Shown one piece after another: positions 1 through 9,670 of a stretch of DNA of 64,000 nucleotides. Position 1 is the first letter of the stretch, and every line of letters begins with the position of its first letter. The notes below the pieces were generated by a model. It made no database searches. It saw only the letters and a list, made by a program, of their open reading frames with translations, and was not told the origin of the DNA. Position numbers and translations under genes: made by a program. Source of the DNA: Patescibacteria group bacterium UBA7435 (GTDB taxonomy: Bacteria > Patescibacteriota > Minisyncoccia > Phycocordibacterales > UBA918); NCBI GenBank assembly GCA_002477545.1, contig DLQJ01000007.1, forward strand, positions 87,188 through 151,187. The letters are read 5' to 3'.

Positions 1-115
1 ATGTCTTCCCTACACTTCCGGTGATGGCAATGATTGTGGGTTTCTTTCGTTTGAGGAGAATTTTGGCCTCAAAGGTAAGGATAGCAACGACAATATTTTT
101 AAGGATTTGTTTCAT
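1..115 (-). CDS. murF: Mur ligase, probably MurF (5' part only; runs off window edge)
   Basis: Manual translation MKQILKNIVVAILTFEAKILLKRKKPTIIAITGSVGKT; ITGSVGKT is the Mur ligase P-loop; lies downstream of ftsI in the dcw cluster. Confidence 0.8.
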   Translation of the reverse strand, partial: MKQILKNIVVAILTFEAKILLKRKKPTIIAITGSVGKT

Positions 116-193
116 TATAGTTTGGCAGGATTATAAGTTTATTTTAACATTTCTTAACTTAGTCTGTGAAATTTAGGACTGTATCAGTCACAT

Positions 194-316
194 CAAACGC
201 AAGAAATTCCTTTAGATACGATGCGGGTGAGGAATTGAGAGCGAGACGAACTTAATGTACGGTGAGTGCTCAATTACCGAAACCAACAAAGTAGATGAGA
301 TAATTTCTTGCATTTG
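194..316. repeat. Structured intergenic element with 15-bp terminal inverted repeats (MITE/REP-like or ncRNA)
   Basis: caaacgcaagaaatt (194-208) and aatttcttgcatttg (302-316), one mismatch; internal stem aattgag...ctcaatt. Confidence 0.55.
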
Positions 317-2035
317 TTACCTATCTGGAGGAAGGTTGTAGTAGTTGATTAAGAATTTTGTTACTTCCATAAACGGCTCAGTCAATGTCTCTGACGCATA
401 GCGAACCTCTTTTGGTTCAACAGTATACAAGAAAACTAAAAATTCAGGATCATAGCTGGGGAAATATCCGAAAAATGAGTGGAGGAACTTATCTTCATAA
501 TATCCACCATCTACTTCGTCAGCAATTTGTGCAGTTCCGGTCTTTGCTGCAACACTGTAATTCTCTAATTTTACATTCCCTCCTCGCAGTGCGTCATCTA
601 CTACAGCAGTAAGCATACGCGAAGCAGTTACACTCGCTTCTTCACTAAATACCTGTTCTCCTTCTGGATATTGCACCTCTTTGACAGTGCCGTCAAGATA
701 TTCAATACGTTTTACAATATGTGGAGTCACCAGCTTCCCTCCGTTGGCTAATGTGGAAAGCGCACGCACGGTCGCAATCGGTGTTAACGCAATTCCTTGC
801 CCAAATGATGCAGTTGCATATTCAACGTCGCGCGGTGAATCAAGGTTAGCAACAAGACCATATGCTTCGTTAGGTAAATCAATACCCGTTTCACTTCCAA
901 ATCTCAACGCTTTGAAATATGTCCGAAATTTCTCCTTCCCCATTTTATCTACAATAAACGCCACTCCGGTATTAAGTGACTGATTAAGCACCTCTTGCAT
1001 ATCCACCGTCCCCCGCCCTTTGCCGTCATAGTTACTAATGGTGTATGTGTCCAGATCAAGTGATCCAGAGTCGTAGTAAGTCGTATCTGGCGTTACAGCC
1101 CCACTATCAAGGCCAACCGCCATAGTTAATGCCTTAATAATAGAACCCATCTCATATACGTTCTCAACAAGCGGATTTTTAAAGTCATCAATGGTCGACC
1201 CGGTTCGATCATTGAGGTCAAATGTTGGAACAGCGTTAAGTGCGTAAATCTCACCATTTCGTGGATTGATAATGATTCCTCCGGTAACTTTACTGTTCCA
1301 TTGTTCCTGAGTCTTTGCTAACTCACGATCAAGCATACGCGCAACAGTGGGCTCAATGGTTGTCACGATGTCTCCGGTACGGGCATCAGTGGTATCAAAA
1401 ATAATACTTCCAAGGTTACTAAAGATCTCTGCAAAGAAGTTAACTGACAATTTACTATTATCTCGCGCAAGCACGTCTTCGTAGTACCGTTCGAGTCCAT
1501 AGCGTCCTGTTACACCAGTACCACTATCCGAAGTGAAACCGACAAAGCCAACCGTGCGAGCTGCAAGATCTTCTCCTGGGTAATATCGCCATTGATCGCG
1601 ATAGAGTTGTACTCCGTTGAGGTCGAGTGCTTCTACGTCATCAGCCTGTGCCTCTGAAAGTTCTGAGGCGATTTCATAATACGTCCGTTCCTTTTTCCCT
1701 GCGCGCAATAAAAAGGTTTCTTCATCAAGCGCGTAAACGCTATTAATTTGTTCGTATGTAAATGCTTCGTCTTCTATGCGTGTTGGATCTATTGAGAGCA
1801 GATACCCTGACTGTACAGTTGCTGCTGATACTTTTTCATCAGCTTTAGTAGAAAAATAGATACTCCCGCGAGAATAGAGATCACGTACGGTATGCACATA
1901 CTGTCGCTCTGCCTTCTCTTGGTAGATGTCATGTTGCATGATCTGTATTTGATACAGACGTACAATTAAAATAAGTGCTAAAAAAAGAACAGCACCAGTG
2001 ATGATGCGTATTCGGATAATTGCGTTCTTTCTCAT
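317..2035 (-). CDS. ftsI: Class B penicillin-binding protein (FtsI/PBP3)
   Basis: N-terminal TM helix, RGSI dimerisation motif, SxxK (GSIIK), SxN (SLN), KTGT; position after mraZ-rsmH-ftsL. Confidence 0.9.
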   Translation of the reverse strand: MRKNAIIRIRIITGAVLFLALILIVRLYQIQIMQHDIYQEKAERQYVHTVRDLYSRGSIYFSTKADEKVSAATVQSGYLLSIDPTRIEDEAFTYEQINSVYALDEETFLLRAGKKERTYYEIASELSEAQADDVEALDLNGVQLYRDQWRYYPGEDLAARTVGFVGFTSDSGTGVTGRYGLERYYEDVLARDNSKLSVNFFAEIFSNLGSIIFDTTDARTGDIVTTIEPTVARMLDRELAKTQEQWNSKVTGGIIINPRNGEIYALNAVPTFDLNDRTGSTIDDFKNPLVENVYEMGSIIKALTMAVGLDSGAVTPDTTYYDSGSLDLDTYTISNYDGKGRGTVDMQEVLNQSLNTGVAFIVDKMGKEKFRTYFKALRFGSETGIDLPNEAYGLVANLDSPRDVEYATASFGQGIALTPIATVRALSTLANGGKLVTPHIVKRIEYLDGTVKEVQYPEGEQVFSEEASVTASRMLTAVVDDALRGGNVKLENYSVAAKTGTAQIADEVDGGYYEDKFLHSFFGYFPSYDPEFLVFLYTVEPKEVRYASETLTEPFMEVTKFLINYYNLPPDR

Positions 2036-2067
2036 ATAAGCATTGTATGTAAAATCACACTGCTACG

Positions 2068-2388
2068 CTAGCGCTGTGCACCATCTGATAACACCAAAGC
2101 TGGTGTTGTTCGATCTATAAATACCTTATGTGACGTCTGTGTATACCCTTGTAATGATGCAATATCAGAACTAACGCGGTGTTGTGCTTCAATAAATCGT
2201 CCTTCTAAAAGACTGATTTCTGAACTTCGCTTCTGTAATTCTTGATTTACCTCTGTTCGTATTACCACATGCACTATTGATGCGCTGATAAAGTAGACAT
2301 ACAACGCAAACAATGCGACGCACACAAACAACATACCTATGCAGATACGCTTCTGTAACATATGTTGTTGTTTGTTTTTAGTAGTCAT
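2068..2388 (-). CDS. FtsL-like bitopic coiled-coil division protein
   Basis: Single TM helix followed by coiled coil; lies between rsmH and ftsI. Confidence 0.65.
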   Translation of the reverse strand: MTTKNKQQHMLQKRICIGMLFVCVALFALYVYFISASIVHVVIRTEVNQELQKRSSEISLLEGRFIEAQHRVSSDIASLQGYTQTSHKVFIDRTTPALVLSDGAQR

Positions 2389-2390
2389 TT

Positions 2391-3290
2391 TTATATTTTT
2401 TCGATCACTCGGTATTTCGCACTACGTGCTCTGGGGTTACTGTTTTGTTCTTCTGCACTTGGTGCCATTGGTTTTTTGAAAACTAAGACTCCTTTTTGAT
2501 CGCGTGCGTACTCCCTAAATGTTTGCTTAACGATCCGATCTTCCAAACTATGGAAAGAAATGATTCCCATGCGCCCACCGGGCTTTAGGACATCCATGCC
2601 TGAAGCTAACAGCTCCTTAAGTGCATCAAACTCATCATTTACTGCAATACGCAGTGCTTGGAATGATTTTGTTGCAGGATGGGTACGTTTTCGCCTGTAT
2701 GGAACTGGCACAGCATGATAAATGATGTCTGCAAGTTGTACGGATGAAGTAATTTCTTCTTCTTTACGCTTCTCAACGATTGCTTTTGCAATGCGTCGCG
2801 AGAAATGTTCTTCACCATATGCATAGACAACATTTGCTATGTCTTCTTCGTCCCATTCATTAACAATGTCGTGTGCAGTAAATGGGTAATCATTTGGTGA
2901 TCCAAAGGTCATGTGTAGAGGCTCATCTTCCTGAAAGGAAAATCCTCTTTTTTCACCTGAAGAACCGTCAAACTGTTCCATTCGCCAACCTAAGTCAGCT
3001 AATACTGCATCAACAGAGTTAATTCCTAGCGTCTCTAGTGTTTGTTTGATATCTCGGAAATTACTGTGTACCAGATGGATTGTTGCTTTGTACTCACTGT
3101 GGAGGTGAGTATTTGCTTCAATTGCCGTTTTGTCCGCATCAAGTCCTATATAAGTACCTTCTTTTCCGATTATCGAGAGGATTGTTTCTGCATGTCCCGC
3201 GCTACCCAAAGTACAATCCACAACAACTGAACCCTTTGACAGGTTCAGTTCATGAGTTGCTTCTTGTTGTAAGACCGTAATATGTCGCAT
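2391..3290 (-). CDS. rsmH: 16S rRNA m4C1402 methyltransferase
   Basis: DCTLGSAGH, DLG, RGFSF, FQALRIAVN, FHSLEDR and NPRARSAK motifs. Confidence 0.97.
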   Translation of the reverse strand: MRHITVLQQEATHELNLSKGSVVVDCTLGSAGHAETILSIIGKEGTYIGLDADKTAIEANTHLHSEYKATIHLVHSNFRDIKQTLETLGINSVDAVLADLGWRMEQFDGSSGEKRGFSFQEDEPLHMTFGSPNDYPFTAHDIVNEWDEEDIANVVYAYGEEHFSRRIAKAIVEKRKEEEITSSVQLADIIYHAVPVPYRRKRTHPATKSFQALRIAVNDEFDALKELLASGMDVLKPGGRMGIISFHSLEDRIVKQTFREYARDQKGVLVFKKPMAPSAEEQNSNPRARSAKYRVIEKI

Positions 3291-3388
3291 AGCGAATTGA
3301 TTACGTGGTCTGTAGGGTAGATGGAAGATCCATGCCCTGCCTCCAACACGACACTTCCCAATGTCGTCTGGTTGTTTCGGGCATAGAT

Positions 3389-3823
3389 CTACAGGACGCC
3401 GATATCGCCAAGTTTCTCAGCAAGCTGATCTGCCTGTGCTTCGATACGTCGTTTGTATTCCTCCCATTGCTTCTCATCCCAAATTTCTACACGATCATGG
3501 ATTCCTGCAAGCGTGACTTTACCGTCAAGATTTGCGAATTCCTTTAAAAAATCTGGAACGAGAATACGTCCAACACTATCTACCTCGACTTCAACCGCTC
3601 CTGATAAGAAGAATCGATTAAAGCTTCTCGTATCCGATTGTCCCAGTGGCAACTGTCCGATTTTCTCGGTAATCACCTGCCACTGTTTCAATGGATATAC
3701 AAAGAGACAATTATCAAGACCTCGAGTAACTACAAGTTTTCTCCCAAGTTCCTTCCGCCACTTGGACGGCATGGACAGCCGTTTCTTAGGATCCAACGTA
3801 TGTTTGTATTCACCGATTAACAT
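3389..3823 (-). CDS. mraZ: Division/cell wall cluster transcriptional repressor MraZ
   Basis: GEYKHTLDPKKR and DSVGRILVP...VEIW repeats; first gene of dcw cluster. Confidence 0.97.
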   Translation of the reverse strand: MLIGEYKHTLDPKKRLSMPSKWRKELGRKLVVTRGLDNCLFVYPLKQWQVITEKIGQLPLGQSDTRSFNRFFLSGAVEVEVDSVGRILVPDFLKEFANLDGKVTLAGIHDRVEIWDEKQWEEYKRRIEAQADQLAEKLGDIGVL

Positions 3824-3930
3824 GTCTTGATAGTTTTGAGTTGGTCTGAAGACCTACTGCAATTAAGTGGAGTAAATTACAGAGGGTATTCAAACCAACT
3901 CATCCCTGTATACTCTATTTCAAGAGTATA

Positions 3931-3995
3931 CCACTATCTCCCACCACGTGCACATTATATACCACTTTACCCCACTGTCTAACACAGTTATACAC
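3931..3995 (-). promoter_or_regulatory. MraZ-binding GTGG box array at about 10-bp spacing
   Basis: CCAC on + at 3931, 3941, 3962 and 3972, with degenerate copies at about 3950, 3982 and 3992; overlaps a minus-strand TATAAT. Confidence 0.75.
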
Positions 3996-4054
3996 AGTGT
4001 CCCGCCACAAGAAGCAAACAAAGGATTTATTACAGCCCTCAAACAAAGGATATT

Positions 4055-4096
4055 CGAAAACAACCACAGAAAACATGTTTTCTGTGGTTGTTTTCG
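4055..4096. repeat. Perfect 42-bp palindrome (possible terminator or cruciform)
   Basis: cgaaaacaaccacagaaaaca|tgttttctgtggttgttttcg. Confidence 0.8.
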
Positions 4097-4347
4097 CACC
4101 AAAGTACGAACATCTGCCATATCCCACCGGTAAAAAAATATGGCTAAAAACAAGGTTCACTTGGACATAAAAAAACACCCAACAATTGTCAGGTATCTGT
4201 ATAGAGCATTGTGCTCAATGGTAGTGCATGCGGGGGCAAGTTTCACCTATACCCCCATCATCAAGCAAAATTTTTGATCCAACGAAAAGTTAGATCAGTA
4301 TCTGAATTCGTCATAATGAACGATTCGCATGAGTTTGGGACTCATTT

Positions 4348-4590
4348 TTATCCTCCTTTTGTTTCACCGGACATGCCGGCTGTTTTAATAATGTGCATGC
4401 CGTTGTTGAAATCGGCACTGTCTATACCTCGTAGTGTGTGCGGTTCTTGCTGACTACCTTCGATGACAAGGTCATCTCCGGCGACAAGGTGTCCGTAAAA
4501 AAACGGATCCTCCTGGGCAAGTCGTTCCCGTTCCCAATCTGGAAGACCAGTGCTAAAACCATCCGTTGATTCCTGTACTGCAGTGATCAT
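4348..4590 (-). CDS. Hypothetical protein (80 aa)
   Basis: ORF with GGGAG upstream; acidic composition; no recognised motif. Confidence 0.45.
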   Translation of the reverse strand: MITAVQESTDGFSTGLPDWERERLAQEDPFFYGHLVAGDDLVIEGSQQEPHTLRGIDSADFNNGMHIIKTAGMSGETKGG

Positions 4591-4748
4591 TCTTCATCTC
4601 CCCATAATTGCTAAATTCCTGATGTATTATACATGATTAATTAGTTTTGTCAATCTTTTACTAACTTAAATTTTATCCTTCCCTACTGGAAAAGGACGAC
4701 TGTGCCAAAGCATGAAAAAACCGCGGACAAATGTCCGCGGTTTTTGCA

Positions 4749-4913
4749 TTATAAACCAAAAGATTTTAATGCATAACCCAATGTTCGCTGATCAAAACCT
4801 CTGCCGATTGTAATCGGAATAAGAAGTGTACGTACAGCTTCAGAAAGTTCTTCTGCTTCTTTGTATGTGTAAACAACCATGACGTGCATCCTTTCACTTG
4901 TGCTTGTGTTCAT
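4749..4913 (-). CDS. Small hypothetical protein (54 aa, not in ORF track)
   Basis: MNTSTSERMHVMVVYTYKEAEELSEAVRTLLIPITIGRGFDQRTLGYALKSFGL; followed directly by terminator hairpin at 4716-4745. Confidence 0.45.
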   Translation of the reverse strand: MNTSTSERMHVMVVYTYKEAEELSEAVRTLLIPITIGRGFDQRTLGYALKSFGL

Positions 4914-4939
4914 ATCAAACTGAATGACAAAACAAAAAG

Positions 4940-5668
4940 TTACACTTTCGTTCTCTGTCCTCCAAAAAGGCGTGAGCTGGGGTCAGCATAGGCGATAATT
5001 TTTTGCAGATGGTCCACTGTGAAATTTGGCCACAAAACTTCAGTTGACACACACACTGATTGAACGGACTGTAGCGGAAGAAATGCTGAACCTCGCCATT
5101 GTGACATCCCGCCACTTGCTTCAGGCATACCGGTGCGAATAATTATGTCAGGTTCGTTCCCTGCTTCTGTATCTAAATGTGATTGTACGTATTGAGCAGT
5201 AACATCATCTGGGGAAATATCATTTTGTAGTGCGTTTTTTACCATGCGGGCAACTTCGTCCACCCCGTCGTAATTCAATGCAATTTGTAATAATGTTCCA
5301 CTATTAGAAACAGATCGACGTTCAGCATCCTCGGATGCAGCAAGTACTGCATCAGGTAATCCTGACCGATCTCCAATAAGCTTAAAACGAACACCATCAT
5401 CTATGAGCCCTTTTAGATGGGTTGTTAAAAATTGTAAAAATAAAATCCAAATGCCGTCCACCTCACTCTTGTCTCTTTTCCAGTTAGCAATAGCGAAAGC
5501 AAACACACTAAGTGTTTGTACTCTGTTTTCTGGGCAAGTCTTAATAAGACCAAGTAACGCCCGAACACCTTCAGCATGACCTTCAAGACGTTCTTTTCCT
5601 TGCTGTGTCGCCCAGCGACCATTTCCGTCGAGAATAATCCCCACATGCAGTCCTTTTTTGATTTCCAT
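4940..5668 (-). CDS. uppS: cis-prenyltransferase (UppS family, divergent)
   Basis: HVGIILDGNGRWA, NWKR, LNY, DIIIRTG, LWPNF, RLFGG. Confidence 0.88.
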   Translation of the reverse strand: MEIKKGLHVGIILDGNGRWATQQGKERLEGHAEGVRALLGLIKTCPENRVQTLSVFAFAIANWKRDKSEVDGIWILFLQFLTTHLKGLIDDGVRFKLIGDRSGLPDAVLAASEDAERRSVSNSGTLLQIALNYDGVDEVARMVKNALQNDISPDDVTAQYVQSHLDTEAGNEPDIIIRTGMPEASGGMSQWRGSAFLPLQSVQSVCVSTEVLWPNFTVDHLQKIIAYADPSSRLFGGQRTKV

Positions 5669-5703
5669 ATTGCTCTTATAACAAACCTATTCTTAATAAA
5701 GTT

Positions 5704-5746
5704 ATAACAAAAGTGTGTAAGGGTAGTCCTTACACACTTTTGTTAT
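5704..5746. terminator. Long hairpin terminator after lysK
   Basis: 19-bp stem ataacaaaagtgtgtaagg/ccttacacacttttgttat. Confidence 0.75.
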
Positions 5747-5755
5747 TGCATGTCT

Positions 5756-7339
5756 TTAGACAACACCGCGCAATCGCTCAAGTACAAAATCTTTATCAAG
5801 TGTACTCATAAACCATCCAACTTTAGGACCACTCTCTTTTCCTAGGAATAATAGATACAGCGCAGTAAAGAATTCTTTTGGGCTCAGCTCTGACTCTTCT
5901 TTCACTTGGTGCGTGAGCTCGTGAATCGCTTGACCATCCATTGTCTCAAGACTCTCTAGCTTATCTGCAAAAAGTTTGATGGCGTTCTTCTGATCATCAG
6001 TAAGCACTAAAGCGGTTTCTGGTACTGCTTCTTGTAGTGCAAAGATAAATCGATCTTCTGCATATTGCGCAAGCCAACGCTTTGCGTATTCGCTTCGCAG
6101 ATCAATCTCAGCACGATCTTCCTCTGTTAATGGAGCTTCTTTCATTTTTTCTACCTCTTCATAGATATCCATGTGTGGCATCTGTACCAAGAATGCAATC
6201 TGTGAGAATCGTGGGAGGAACCGTTTTGGAATATTCGCCCGTTCTTCCGGTAAGTGTGCAAACCTAAATACTTGTGAGTCATCGTCTTCTACCCCACTCC
6301 ATACTTTCTGTGCAAGTCGATCGTATGTATCAAACAATACCGGCACCGCGTCACCCTCAGGATCGAAGTCCAACTGGCGATTAATTGGCGTCTTCAAAAG
6401 AAGTAACCGTAGGATGTGCGGCGGCAGTAGTTCAGTCATTTCCTTTGCCGTTGCAGCATTCCCCTTTGATGAAGACATTTTCTTCCCTCCTACTAAGAAA
6501 AACTCATTAAATACACCATATGGTGGCTGGTGCTCAAGCACTTCACGAGAAATAGCTTCAGCGACTTGCCGTGCGCCTCCCTTAGAATAATGATCCTTAC
6601 CTCCTCCTTCAAAATGCACACCGTTAGCCATGAACTTCGCAGCCCATTCTGGCTTCCATGGAAGTGATGCGTTTCCATCAAATGGAGAGATTCGTCCATT
6701 GTGACCACAGCCCTCTGCCCATTCAATCGTGTCTGAAGAACAGGTGTAGTCCACCATTTCCCCGTCCCAGCCAGTAATACGCGTCGCACTAAGATTCCCA
6801 CAGTTTTCGCACACCACATTAAGTGGGTACCAATCAGCAGCTCGTTCGCTTCCTGAAACTTCTTTATAGATCTTGTGGATGATTTCTTTCTTATCAAGTA
6901 CTGCACGGATTGCATCATTCATACGTCCACTTCTGTAAAGCTCAGTAGCTCGATACACTTCTGCGCCAAATCCGATACGTCCCACTACTTCTACATACTC
7001 CTGTCCGTAGAGTTCAGCAAAATTCTCATACCCTTCTACTGGAGATGGAATTGAATACAGAGGATGTCCCATGTACTTTTTGTACTCAGCTTCGTCCAAG
7101 TAGCCCGGGATACCATCCATCGGATCAAAATCATTAATTTCAAAAAGAAACTTCACCTTAATCCCTCGATCGTTAAGCACGTCAGCAACGATCGCGTGCA
7201 GTGCTGCACTACGAAGTGACCCAACATGTACCTGTCCTGATGCAGTCTTTTCATCTCGTACAATAATAGGTTCGCCTGTATCAATAACATGCTGATATTT
7301 TCGTACTACCTCATCTGCAATTTTATCTGCCCAAAACAT
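5756..7339 (-). CDS. lysS: Lysine--tRNA ligase, class I
   Basis: MFWAD start, SGQVHVGS (HIGH-like), GGGKDH, KMSSSKGN, SGPKVG; start moved to 7339 (TACACT -10 just upstream). Confidence 0.93.
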   Translation of the reverse strand: MFWADKIADEVVRKYQHVIDTGEPIIVRDEKTASGQVHVGSLRSAALHAIVADVLNDRGIKVKFLFEINDFDPMDGIPGYLDEAEYKKYMGHPLYSIPSPVEGYENFAELYGQEYVEVVGRIGFGAEVYRATELYRSGRMNDAIRAVLDKKEIIHKIYKEVSGSERAADWYPLNVVCENCGNLSATRITGWDGEMVDYTCSSDTIEWAEGCGHNGRISPFDGNASLPWKPEWAAKFMANGVHFEGGGKDHYSKGGARQVAEAISREVLEHQPPYGVFNEFFLVGGKKMSSSKGNAATAKEMTELLPPHILRLLLLKTPINRQLDFDPEGDAVPVLFDTYDRLAQKVWSGVEDDDSQVFRFAHLPEERANIPKRFLPRFSQIAFLVQMPHMDIYEEVEKMKEAPLTEEDRAEIDLRSEYAKRWLAQYAEDRFIFALQEAVPETALVLTDDQKNAIKLFADKLESLETMDGQAIHELTHQVKEESELSPKEFFTALYLLFLGKESGPKVGWFMSTLDKDFVLERLRGVV

Positions 7340-7392
7340 AATGTCGTTAGTGTAGCTAATAATAAGGGTTTTGCAAATGTATAGAAACAATA

Positions 7393-7429
7393 AACAAAAG
7401 AACGGCGCCAAAGGCGCCGTTCTTTTGTT
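7393..7429. terminator. Hairpin terminator after greA
   Basis: 17-bp stem aacaaaagaacggcgcc/ggcgccgttcttttgtt. Confidence 0.8.
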
Positions 7430-7436
7430 CTCAGAT

Positions 7437-7904
7437 CTAGTCGATCTTCAACAATTTATATTTCTGCTTCCCTCCTGGTGTCTCAAATTCAATCTCCTCT
7501 CCCTTCTCCTTCCCCATCAATGCTTCACCAAGTGGTGAGAGATATGACAGCTTCTTTGCATGAATGTCAGCTTCTTCTGACCCTACAATTGTGTAGCAGA
7601 TGTTTCCCTTCTCTCCTGTCTTTTGGATACACACTTCGTTTCCGAGTCCTACAACATCTGACTTACTGTTAGTTACAATCTTAGCTTCTTTCATTACCTG
7701 TTCAAGATGTGTAATTCGTTCCTCGATAGCAGCCTGCATATCTCGTGCTTCTTGGTATTCTGCATTTTCAGAAAGGTCTCCCAGACTTCGTGCATACTCC
7801 AGCGATTCAGCAACTTCTTTCCGGCGTACTGTTTTTAAGTTTTCTAACTCTGTCTTAAGCTCTTCGAACTTCTCTTTGGTCAAAAATTCTTGTGTGTCAT
7901 TCAT
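7437..7904 (-). CDS. greA: Transcription elongation factor GreA
   Basis: GDLSENAEY and SPLGEALMG motifs. Confidence 0.97.
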   Translation of the reverse strand: MNDTQEFLTKEKFEELKTELENLKTVRRKEVAESLEYARSLGDLSENAEYQEARDMQAAIEERITHLEQVMKEAKIVTNSKSDVVGLGNEVCIQKTGEKGNICYTIVGSEEADIHAKKLSYLSPLGEALMGKEKGEEIEFETPGGKQKYKLLKID

Positions 7905-7971
7905 ATAAATTTGTTTCGTCCATTATACGCGGAAAAAAATTCCGGTCAAACAGCGAAGTTTTCCACAGGTG

Positions 7972-9669
7972 TTATTCGGTGAGATCTTCAGTGATTTCAA
8001 GATACTCTGGAGCATTCTCGTGAATCCAATCCATAATATCTCCCGCCAAAGTAGTACCTCCAAGACTATTACTGTACGGCGCGTTCTCCATAAGTACCAC
8101 AAAAGAATACTGGGGATCTTCGTATGGCCAGAAACCAGCTGCCCACGTGTTTAAACGTGATTTAGCAGAGTCCAACTCTGCAGTCCCCGACTTTGCAGCA
8201 ATTTTTACATAATCCTTCTCAAGTGACCGAGCGGTACCTCCAGCATAGTAGGTCGTCATATGCATTCCTTCACGTACGATATCAAGTGCCCAAGGATCGA
8301 GTGCAACTTCACGATATTCACCAACCTTTCCTTTCTCTACATGTGGCACAAAAAACTTTCCACCGTTTGCCAAACCACCATAGGCAACAAGCATCTGCAA
8401 CGGTGTCACCTGCCAACCATACTGACCGATTGAGGTGAAGTAGGTGTCTCCCAGACGCCAGTCATCATCGAAATGCTCCCGCTTCCAATCCGGATTTGGA
8501 ACGGTTCCTGACTGCTCGTTTGCCAAATCAACATTTGTTCGTTCTCCAAATCCAAAGAGTGAGAAATACGTATTTATTTTCATAATACCAAGACCCTCCT
8601 GATCACGAAACCCGCCTCCAATAATATAGAAATACACATTCGACGAAAACGCGATAGCTTCTTTCATGGTCATCTTTCCGTGCGCTCGCCAGTCTCGGAA
8701 GACCGATGGGTTATTTGGATTGTATGGATTTGGAATCACAATCTCCCCAGTACTGACAATTATCTTGTTTGGACTGATGACATCTTCAACAAGTGCAGCG
8801 TATGCAACAAATGGTTTCACAATAGAACCAGGAGTGTATACACCTGCAAGTACTTTATTAAGAAATGGGAATCGTTCATCTGTATTGTATTGTGCGATGA
8901 GGTCTATATCATCTCCATCGGCCATTACTTCTGGGTCATACGATGGATAGCTTGTCATGGCGATAATTTCACCAGTGTGGATGTCCATAATAGCTGCTGC
9001 ACCACTACGAGAACCTGATTGTGCTGTAGAGGTCGCAATGATGTCGTGCATCGCTTCAGAGAGCCGTACATCAAGCGAGAGAGTTAGTTCCTTACCTGAC
9101 TTTGGTTGTTCTACAATGTGTTCCCCAATTACTTCACCTAATGCATCGGTTTCAATGAGTTGTTGTCCATTTTTACCACTAAGTAGCTCATTAAATGAGG
9201 ACTCAACTCCATTGCGCCCAATGTATTCAGTACGGTAATAAAAACCTCTTTTATCTTTCAATGGATAACTTACATACCCTATAAGTTGCCCTAATCCATT
9301 ACGATCGGTGTATGCGCGCACAGGAAAAGAATACGCTCCGTCTTTATCAGGTTCATTCCATGCGAGCAATTCTCCATTACGGTCATACACTACACCTCGC
9401 TCGGCGATAATGACTGTTTCATCAAGACTATTATTTTCACTAATGTCCCTAAACTCTGCACCTTGGGTTATCTGCAAAAGAAATAACTTACTCAAAAACC
9501 ATAACGCGATAAGTACAAAAAGGACCGCAACAACACCAACGTTGTAGCTGGTAATAGGGAGTTCTTTTTTCCCCTCCATACGTCCTTGATTAAAGGAAGG
9601 TAAATTTGAAGAATCCAATAAAATTTCTTCAAAAGAAACATCTTTTTTGTTTTTTCGTTTCCAAAACAT
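7972..9669 (-). CDS. mrdA: Penicillin-binding protein 2 (elongasome class B PBP)
   Basis: RGVVYDRNG, GSIVKP, SSN, KSGTAE; downstream of mreBC. Confidence 0.9.
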   Translation of the reverse strand: MFWKRKNKKDVSFEEILLDSSNLPSFNQGRMEGKKELPITSYNVGVVAVLFVLIALWFLSKLFLLQITQGAEFRDISENNSLDETVIIAERGVVYDRNGELLAWNEPDKDGAYSFPVRAYTDRNGLGQLIGYVSYPLKDKRGFYYRTEYIGRNGVESSFNELLSGKNGQQLIETDALGEVIGEHIVEQPKSGKELTLSLDVRLSEAMHDIIATSTAQSGSRSGAAAIMDIHTGEIIAMTSYPSYDPEVMADGDDIDLIAQYNTDERFPFLNKVLAGVYTPGSIVKPFVAYAALVEDVISPNKIIVSTGEIVIPNPYNPNNPSVFRDWRAHGKMTMKEAIAFSSNVYFYIIGGGFRDQEGLGIMKINTYFSLFGFGERTNVDLANEQSGTVPNPDWKREHFDDDWRLGDTYFTSIGQYGWQVTPLQMLVAYGGLANGGKFFVPHVEKGKVGEYREVALDPWALDIVREGMHMTTYYAGGTARSLEKDYVKIAAKSGTAELDSAKSRLNTWAAGFWPYEDPQYSFVVLMENAPYSNSLGGTTLAGDIMDWIHENAPEYLEITEDLTE

Positions 9670-9670
9670 A

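Noticed and set aside
3915-4178. Short ORFs upstream of mraZ
   Set aside because: They overlap the MraZ boxes, promoter and palindrome; the region is better explained as regulatory DNA.
5756-7339. Class I LysRS as a sign of archaeal transfer
   Set aside because: Class I LysRS is established in several bacterial groups including many CPR, so it is not novel.
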